NCBI GenBank assembly: GCA_964533185.1
Contig: CAZHLD010000002.1
Span: 59,791-123,790, forward strand
From: an uncultured Acidobacteriaceae bacterium
GTDB lineage: Bacteria > Acidobacteriota > Terriglobia > Acidiferrales > UBA7541
Reading direction: 5' to 3'
Length of the DNA: 64,000 nt
A model generated the notes under the pieces. The model searched no databases. It was not told the DNA's origin and saw only the letters and a program-made list of their open reading frames with translations. This document shows positions 57,889-64,000 of this stretch, piece by piece. Within the stretch, counting starts at the first letter, position 1; the number at the start of each line of letters is the position of its first letter. Both the position numbers and the translations under genes were made by a program.

Positions 57889-58875
57889 ATGAGCGCTAAC
57901 GCTACAACTCTCGCCACTACTTCCGCCGGTGTTGCCCGGCGTCGGGCCTGGGATTGGGGTATTGAAAAATTCATCTACCTCTCTTCGCTGGTCGCCATCG
58001 CCATCATTGTTCTTATTTTCCTATTCGTGGGGCGTGAAGCGCTCCCCGTTCTCACCAGCCCCAAGGTCCACGAAGAAGTCACCCTCTCTACGATGTTCCT
58101 CCCTCAGAACTACGGCACTCCGGAAGCCCCACTGCCCTACGTTTGGCAACCCGTCGGTGTCCACCCGAAGTACAGCGTCATGCCTCTGTTGCTCGGCTCC
58201 CTGAAAGCCACTCTCATCGCCATGCTCTTTGCCACGCCCCTGGCTTTGCTCGCCGCCATCTATACAACTGAGTTCGCACCCCGCTGGTTGCGCGAGGTCA
58301 TCAAGCCCGTCATTGAAATGCTCGCCGGCATTCCCTCGGTCGTCCTGGGATTTTTCGCTCTTATCGTCCTGGCCACTGTGCTTCAGGATCTCTTCGACCT
58401 CGAATACAGACTGAACGCGATCAACGCCGGCATTGCCCTGGGACTCGCCGTCATCCCCATCGTGTATACGATCTGTGAGGATGCCCTCACTGCCGTCCCA
58501 CGCAGTTACCGCAACGCCTCGCTCGCCCTGGGCGCCTCGCCCTGGCAAACTGCCTGGAAGGTGGTACTCCCCTCGGCATTGCCGGGCGTCTTCGCCGGCA
58601 TCGTCCTCGGCTTCGGCCGCGCCATTGGCGAGACGATGATCGTGCTCATGGCCTCTGGCAACGCCGCCATCACCTCATGGAATTTTGCCGAGCCGGTTCG
58701 CACCCTTTCCGCATCCATCGCCGCCGAGCTCGGCGAGGTCGTTTTCGGCAGCCCTCATTACCATGTTCTCTTTTTCCTTGGTGTCATGCTCTTTGTCATC
58801 ACTTTCACGGTCAACTGGATCGGCACCATCGCCGTTTCCCGTCTCCGCAAGCGCCTCGCCGGAGCCGACCGATGA
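57889..58875 (+). CDS. pstC: Phosphate ABC transporter permease PstC
   Basis: 6-TM permease with the EAA-like loop (…EDALTAVPRSYRNASLALGASPWQT…). Synteny. Confidence 0.9.
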   Translation: MSANATTLATTSAGVARRRAWDWGIEKFIYLSSLVAIAIIVLIFLFVGREALPVLTSPKVHEEVTLSTMFLPQNYGTPEAPLPYVWQPVGVHPKYSVMPLLLGSLKATLIAMLFATPLALLAAIYTTEFAPRWLREVIKPVIEMLAGIPSVVLGFFALIVLATVLQDLFDLEYRLNAINAGIALGLAVIPIVYTICEDALTAVPRSYRNASLALGASPWQTAWKVVLPSALPGVFAGIVLGFGRAIGETMIVLMASGNAAITSWNFAEPVRTLSASIAAELGEVVFGSPHYHVLFFLGVMLFVITFTVNWIGTIAVSRLRKRLAGADR

Positions 58876-59774
58876 AGAGCCGATTTGCTGACAGGATCTT
58901 TGTCGCCCTGTGCCTGTTCGCCGTCTTGGTCGTGATCGCCATGCTCGCCGCCGTACTGGGCAACATCACCTACCACGGATGGGATCGGCTCTCCTGGGAG
59001 TTTATATCCGCCTCGCCAACGCATGGCATGACCGCAGGCGGCATCTTTCCCGCGATCTATGGCACGGTTCTGCTGGTTCTACTGATGACCATTTTCGTCG
59101 TCCCCTTGGGCGTCTGCGTCGCCATCTATTTCTCCGAGTACGCCAACCGCTCTTCCAGACTCTACCGCTGGACTCGCGCCGCCGTGGACAACCTCGCCGG
59201 CGTCCCCTCGATCGTCTTCGGTCTGTTTGGTCTCGGCTTCTTCGTCCAGTTCGTCGGCGGCGGCGTGGACAAGTTCTTCTTCGGCGGCAACCTTACGTTC
59301 CGCCAGCCCGCAATCCTCTGGGCCTCCCTGACCATGGCCGTGCTCACCCTTCCGGTGGTGATCGTCAGCGTCGAGGAGACTCTTCGTGCCGTTCCGCAAT
59401 CGTTCCGCGACGCCAGCTACGCCCTGGGCGCCACCAAGAGCCAGACCATCTTTCGCGTCGTCCTGCCCAACGCCATGTCCGGCGTACTCACCGGCGGCAT
59501 CCTTGCTGTCAGCCGCGGCGCCGGCGAGGTTGCTCCCATCCTCTTTGTTGGCGCGGCCTACTTCCTCCCCCACTTGCCCACTAAACTGAACGACCAGTTC
59601 ATGGAGCTGGGCTATCATGTTTTTGTGCTCTCGACCCAGTCGCCCGACGTCGAGGCCACCAAGCCCCTGCTTTATTCCACGGTTTTCGTGTTGTTGGCTT
59701 TGACGTTCTTACTCAATTCGGTTGCCGTCGCCATCCGCGCTCGTCTGCGGGTGACGGCGGGGAGCGGGAGATAG
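58872..59774 (+). CDS. pstA: Phosphate ABC transporter permease PstA
   Basis: MKSRFADRIF... starts at ATG 58872 (ATGA overlap with pstC). Loop …EETLRAVPQSFRDASYALGATKSQT…. Confidence 0.9.
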   Translation: MKSRFADRIFVALCLFAVLVVIAMLAAVLGNITYHGWDRLSWEFISASPTHGMTAGGIFPAIYGTVLLVLLMTIFVVPLGVCVAIYFSEYANRSSRLYRWTRAAVDNLAGVPSIVFGLFGLGFFVQFVGGGVDKFFFGGNLTFRQPAILWASLTMAVLTLPVVIVSVEETLRAVPQSFRDASYALGATKSQTIFRVVLPNAMSGVLTGGILAVSRGAGEVAPILFVGAAYFLPHLPTKLNDQFMELGYHVFVLSTQSPDVEATKPLLYSTVFVLLALTFLLNSVAVAIRARLRVTAGSGR

Positions 59775-59777
59775 GCC

Positions 59778-60677
59778 ATGGCCGCTACGGCTGGTGCTCA
59801 TCCGAGTGCAGGCAGCGAGAGTGAGGTCAATATGACGGTTCCCGGCCCACGGAATGATTTCCCGTTGCTCAAAACTCAGGTCCGCACCGCCACGGATGCT
59901 GCCCACGGCTCCGCCGACCTCTCGAAACGCATGGAGACTCAGCAGGTCAACATCTACTACGGCAAGCGCCACGCCGTTCAAGACGTCTCCATTCCGTTTT
60001 ATGAAAACCTCATCACCGCCATCATCGGCCCTTCCGGCTGCGGCAAATCCACGCTGCTCCGCGCCATGAACCGCATGAATGATGCCATCCCTGGCTACCG
60101 AATCGAAGGCCAAGTCTTGCTCGATGGCCAGGAGATCCACACACCCGGTACCGATGTCATCACCTTGCGCCGTCGCGTCGGCATGGTCTTCCAGCAGCCC
60201 AATCCTTTTCCCAAGTCCATCTACGACAACGTGGCCTTTGGCCTGCGCGTGAATGGATTGGTGAAGTCGCGGGCGGAACTGGACGAGCGCGTCGAAAAAG
60301 CCCTGCGCAGCGCCGCTCTCTGGGACGAAGTGAAAGATCGCCTCAACCGCAACGCCCTTCAGCTCTCCGGCGGCGAGCAGCAGCGCATTTGCATCGCCCG
60401 GGCGCTGGCCGTTCAGCCGGAAGTCCTCCTGATGGACGAGCCGGCCTCAGCTCTCGACCCTGTCTCCACTGCCAAGATCGAAGAATTGATGTTTGAGCTG
60501 AAAAAGGACTATACGATTGTGATCGTCACGCACAACATGCAACAGGCCGCCCGGGTCAGCGACTTCACCGCCTTCTTGCTCTCAGGGCAGCTCATCGAGT
60601 TTAATCCGACGCCTCAGCTCTTCACCCGGCCGGCCGATCCACGCACGGAGGCGTACATCACCGGCCGCTTCGGCTAG
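59778..60677 (+). CDS. pstB: Phosphate ABC transporter ATP-binding protein PstB
   Basis: IYYGKRHAV..., [33 protein letters not shown]. The N-terminal ~50 aa are unusually long, so an internal start is possible. Confidence 0.9.
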   Translation: MAATAGAHPSAGSESEVNMTVPGPRNDFPLLKTQVRTATDAAHGSADLSKRMETQQVNIYYGKRHAVQDVSIPFYENLITAIIGPSGCGKSTLLRAMNRMNDAIPGYRIEGQVLLDGQEIHTPGTDVITLRRRVGMVFQQPNPFPKSIYDNVAFGLRVNGLVKSRAELDERVEKALRSAALWDEVKDRLNRNALQLSGGEQQRICIARALAVQPEVLLMDEPASALDPVSTAKIEELMFELKKDYTIVIVTHNMQQAARVSDFTAFLLSGQLIEFNPTPQLFTRPADPRTEAYITGRFG

Positions 60678-60739
60678 AGGAACAGGCGTGGTCGTTTGTT
60701 CGAGTCTTCGGCTTCTGAGGCTTGACGAGAGGATCTGAC

Positions 60740-61405
60740 ATGGAACGCCACTTCGAGCATGATTTGGGCCAACTCAAGGAACGCCTCCTCTGGATGGGCG
60801 GCTTGGCCGAACGCGCCGTTCATCAGGCCGTACACGCTGTTCTCGAAGGCGATGCCTCCCTTGCCCAGCGTGTACTCGACGAAGAGAACGCCATCAACGA
60901 ACTTCAGATTGAAATTGACGACCGGGTGGTTCAGCTCCTGGCTCTGCACCAGCTCATGGCCACGGACCTGCGCTTTGCCCTCGCTGTCTCCCGCATCAAT
61001 AGCGACCTCGAGCGCATCGGCGACCAGGCCGTCAACATCGCCCAGTCGGCTCAGCGCATCCTGCGCCATCCGCGCGTCAAGCCGTACGTGGATTTGCCCC
61101 GGATGAGCGAGCTGGCCGAGGAAATGGTGCGCGATTCTCTGAACGCCGTCGTCCGCGGCGATGTCGAGTTGGCGCGCAGCGTCCTCACCCGCGACGACAC
61201 CGTGGACTCCCTGCGCGACCAGATCTTCCGCGAGCTGCTCTCCTATATGATGGGAGATTCCTCGGTGGTCTTCCCGGCCTTCGACCTGATTCTCGTGGCC
61301 AAGAACCTCGAGCGCGTCGGCGACCACGCCACCAATATCGCCGAAGACGTCATCTACATGGTCGTCGGCCGCGACGTCCGTCATCCCGCTCTCGACCGCC
61401 GTTAA
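60740..61405 (+). CDS. phoU: Phosphate signalling complex protein PhoU
   Basis: MERHFEHDLGQLKERLL..., SRINSDLERIGDQAVNIA and AKNLERVGDHATNIAEDV repeats. Canonical position after pstB. Confidence 0.9.
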   Translation: MERHFEHDLGQLKERLLWMGGLAERAVHQAVHAVLEGDASLAQRVLDEENAINELQIEIDDRVVQLLALHQLMATDLRFALAVSRINSDLERIGDQAVNIAQSAQRILRHPRVKPYVDLPRMSELAEEMVRDSLNAVVRGDVELARSVLTRDDTVDSLRDQIFRELLSYMMGDSSVVFPAFDLILVAKNLERVGDHATNIAEDVIYMVVGRDVRHPALDRR

Positions 61406-61449
61406 CCCCTCCCTCGCGCTTTACGCGGGGCAGGGAAGTCCCGCCGCGA

Positions 61450-61857
61450 TTACTTCCGATATACGGCCGCCGCCACGATACCCGCGGGTACGCCTTCCAG
61501 CAGCCCGAACACGATTTGCTTTGTCACCAGGCTGGATGGCAGCGGCTCCACCGCAAAATAGATCAAGTACGTGGCCACCCCGCTCAGTACCCACAGCGCC
61601 AATCCAAACCTCACTCCCTGACCCAGCCACGGCTTCGGCTCCACTCCCTTGGCATAGATCCACACAATTGCCAGTGCCATCAGCAGTTGTGCCAGCAGCA
61701 TGTACGGAAAATGCGCGGCGGCATCTTCCGGGCTACGCATAATCGAGCCTAGAGCTTTGTAGTCTTCGGCCAGCAGCATCCCGTGCACCAGAAATCCCGT
61801 TGCCAGTAACATCACCAATACCGCTACGACGGCCATTGCATACCGTTTCCAATTCAT
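61450..61857 (-). CDS. Small integral membrane protein, family not recognised
   Basis: 135 aa with four hydrophobic segments. Convergent with phoU. An imperfect GC hairpin at 61407-61435 lies between them. Confidence 0.55.
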   Translation of the reverse strand: MNWKRYAMAVVAVLVMLLATGFLVHGMLLAEDYKALGSIMRSPEDAAAHFPYMLLAQLLMALAIVWIYAKGVEPKPWLGQGVRFGLALWVLSGVATYLIYFAVEPLPSSLVTKQIVFGLLEGVPAGIVAAAVYRK

Positions 61858-62026
61858 AGTTCTCCTCCGCGAGGGAATCCGGGACCTTTTTTATACGAGA
61901 CTCGCATCACCTGCAAGTAAAATTCTGCTGGCATCCCCCGTTCGTCAGTCCGGCCTCGGCCGAACGCAAGTCTCTACAGTTCCTTCCGCCTTCTCGCGTA
62001 TACTGGCCCCCACTGCCAACGCTCCT

Positions 62027-62779
62027 GTGCTTCCTTTTCTCCACCTCGGACCCATCACCCTGGCCACCTACGGACTCATGGTGGCCACGGGGCTGCTGGT
62101 CTCCTTCTTCGTGTTGCGGGCCGATTTCAACCGCCGACGCCTCTCCGCCGACCCGCACACCATTATTGGTCTGGCCGGCCTGGCCGGCCTGGCCGGCGCA
62201 AAGCTTTATCACGTCCTTGAGTCTCCGGCGGAATTTTTTGCGCAGCCCTTCCGGCTGCTGTTCAGCCAGGTGGGGTTCGCATGGTTCGGGGGGCTGCTGG
62301 CCGGTCTGCTTACGCTGCTGCTCCTTGCGCGTCACTATCGCATGCCCGCGCTTCAAATGCTGGACGCCGCCTCTCCCGCCGCGGCGCTAGGCTACGGCAT
62401 CGGGCGGCTGGGCTGCCTGATTTCTGGCGATGGCGACTACGGCATCCCGACGACGCTCCCGTGGGGCATGGCGTTTCCAAACGGCCTGGTGCCAACCTCT
62501 GACCGCGTTCACCCAACACCTCTCTACGAGTTTCTCGTTGCCGTCGCCCTTTTCTACTTTCTGTGGCGGCTGGGCACTCGGGCGCTGCGCGCGCACCGCC
62601 CCGATGGCTTGGTTTTCGCCAACTTCCTGCTCTGGACCGGTGTGGCCCGATTCCTGGTTGAGTTCATTCGCATCAACCCATCGTGGCTTCTTGGCCTGAC
62701 CAACGCGCAGGTGGCCAGCTTGCTATCGGTCGCGGCCAGCGTTGCTCTTCTTCTCCGTCTCCGGGTGGCTCGCACCTAG
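62027..62779 (+). CDS. lgt: Prolipoprotein diacylglyceryl transferase
   Basis: …YGLMVATGLL…, YGIGRLGCLISGDGDYG, HPTPLYEFL. GTG start. Confidence 0.85.
   Translation: MLPFLHLGPITLATYGLMVATGLLVSFFVLRADFNRRRLSADPHTIIGLAGLAGLAGAKLYHVLESPAEFFAQPFRLLFSQVGFAWFGGLLAGLLTLLLLARHYRMPALQMLDAASPAAALGYGIGRLGCLISGDGDYGIPTTLPWGMAFPNGLVPTSDRVHPTPLYEFLVAVALFYFLWRLGTRALRAHRPDGLVFANFLLWTGVARFLVEFIRINPSWLLGLTNAQVASLLSVAASVALLLRLRVART
62171..62197 (+). repeat. In-frame 9-bp tandem repeat (CTGGCCGGC x3) inside lgt, encoding LAGLAGLAG
   Basis: Three exact consecutive copies read directly from the sequence. Confidence 0.7.
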
Positions 62780-62983
62780 CCGCCTTGCATCCCCCCGGGC
62801 ATGAGTGTCCACTGCCAAATGCATCTTGACATGCCGGTTTAATGTGAGTCATAACCTTTGCCAAGCTTTGCGTTAGGGGCTGGGGGAAAGCTGATGCTCT
62901 GGGGGAGTCCGGTTCCTTGTTCCATATTTCGTTCATTTCCACCCCTTCCAATCTCTATTCAAGAGGGTTCACAGGGGGTCACC

Positions 62984-64000
62984 ATGAATCGCCTGCGCGT
63001 GTGGGGTGTGCTTGTTGTCGTGTTGCTGTGCGCCGTTGTTGCTGGAGCCCAGACCCATCAGGGCCGCATTCTGGGCACGGTTACTGACTCTTCCGGTGGC
63101 GTGGTCAAGGGCGCCAAGGTCATCATCACCAACGTGGAGACCGGCGCGTCCCGTATCCTGGAGAGCAACGAGGTCGGCGACTATGTTGCGCCCAATCTCG
63201 CTCCCGGTCTTTACAAGATCGTCTTTGAAGCCACCGGCTTCAAGAAAGTCGAACGGCTTGGCGTGCGCCTCGAGGTGGCCAAGGACGCTCACATTGACGT
63301 CGCGCTGACGCCCGGCGATATCACCCAGTCCATTCAGATCACCGAAGAGGCCCCGCTGATCGACATCACCTCGCAGGCGCTCGGTGGAACCTTCTCCAAC
63401 CGCGCCATTAACGACCTGCCCCTCAACGGCCGCGACTTCCAGAACCTGGTGGTGCTGCGTCCCGGCGTCCAGCGGTATCCTGGAGGCGGATTCCTCTCTA
63501 TCAGTTCAAACGGCAATCGCCCCGAAAACAACAATTTCATCTTCGACGGCACGGACAACAACGATCCCTACTATGGCACCACCGTGATCAATGCCGAGGG
63601 TGTCCAGGGCCAGCCTGGCACCATCCTCCCCATTGATGCCATCCAGGAGTTCAACGCGCTGGAAAATCCCCCCGCCGAATACGGCTGGAAGCCCGGCGCC
63701 ATCGTCAACCTCGGCATCAAATCCGGCACCAACGATGTCCACGGAACGGGCTACTACTTCGCACGCAATAGCGCGCTTGATGCACGCAACTTCTTCAACC
63801 CCCCGCCTGACCCTCAGCGCCCCTTGAGCCAGCACCAGTTCGGCGGTAGCATGGGCGGCCCCATCCGTAAGAACAAGACCTTCATCTTCGGCTCGTATGA
63901 AGGTGTCCGCTCCGAAGTCAGCAATTCCAACCTGGTCACTTCGCCGGCGACGGTGGCCCTGGGCGGTGCCACCAGCAACTGCACCTTCCTCGCCACCGGT
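62984..64000 (+). CDS. TonB-dependent receptor with N-terminal carboxypeptidase-regulatory-like domain (5' partial, runs off the window)
   Basis: Own translation is open for 339 codons to the window edge. MNRLRVWGVLVVVLLCAVVAGAQT signal, GRILGTVTDSSGGVVKGAKVIITNVETG...YKIVFEATGFKK, then plug-like ...NGNRPENNNFIFDGTDNND. Absent from the ORF track because it has no stop. Confidence 0.8.
   Translation, partial: MNRLRVWGVLVVVLLCAVVAGAQTHQGRILGTVTDSSGGVVKGAKVIITNVETGASRILESNEVGDYVAPNLAPGLYKIVFEATGFKKVERLGVRLEVAKDAHIDVALTPGDITQSIQITEEAPLIDITSQALGGTFSNRAINDLPLNGRDFQNLVVLRPGVQRYPGGGFLSISSNGNRPENNNFIFDGTDNNDPYYGTTVINAEGVQGQPGTILPIDAIQEFNALENPPAEYGWKPGAIVNLGIKSGTNDVHGTGYYFARNSALDARNFFNPPPDPQRPLSQHQFGGSMGGPIRKNKTFIFGSYEGVRSEVSNSNLVTSPATVALGGATSNCTFLATG

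Overview
GC-rich bacterial chromosome segment. The gene content (a CarboxypepD_reg-type TonB receptor at the right edge, a giant LptC/LptA-like protein, a tricorn-like protease) suggests Acidobacteriota, but that is inference only. Most of the window is ordinary, densely packed housekeeping DNA:
- 2.8-16.5 kb: one long co-directional block with several 4-nt start/stop overlaps (lptC/A-like, lptB, rpoN, rapZ, msbA-like, yicC, gmk, rpoZ, coaBC, udg, priA).
- 16.5-34.1 kb: M50 protease, HU/IHF, dcd, marR-yceI, two SDR-type genes, purC, smc, cysS, a class-III aminotransferase, yraN and galT.
- 44-51.3 kb: mscS, tricorn-like protease, Leu/Val/Phe dehydrogenase, tRNA-Arg and an NmrA-like gene.
- 51.5-61.4 kb: a complete Pho supercluster (phoB-phoR, phoU-like, porin, pstSCAB-phoU) with candidate Pho boxes of 11-bp periodicity.

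The only clearly accessory patch starts at tRNA-Cys (34.2 kb). It holds a ~0.65-kb AT-richer islet bracketed by a direct repeat of the tRNA 3' end and carrying one orphan gene. Next come a Ser/Thr-kinase stub and a tight four-gene operon: TonB-dependent receptor, YfiR-like DUF4154 protein, CHASE8 hybrid histidine kinase with Hpt, and REC-GGDEF. I read that operon as a rewired YfiBNR-type envelope-to-c-di-GMP module, and it is my best candidate for an under-described system.

A second theme is a high density of gene lesions. There are three point lesions (two frameshifts, one in-frame TGA) and four truncated gene stubs (DUF1761, DedA, CdsA, kinase).

I found no CRISPR array, transposase, integrase, reverse transcriptase or recognisable defence genes. 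All family calls come from motif recognition by eye, and no searches were run.
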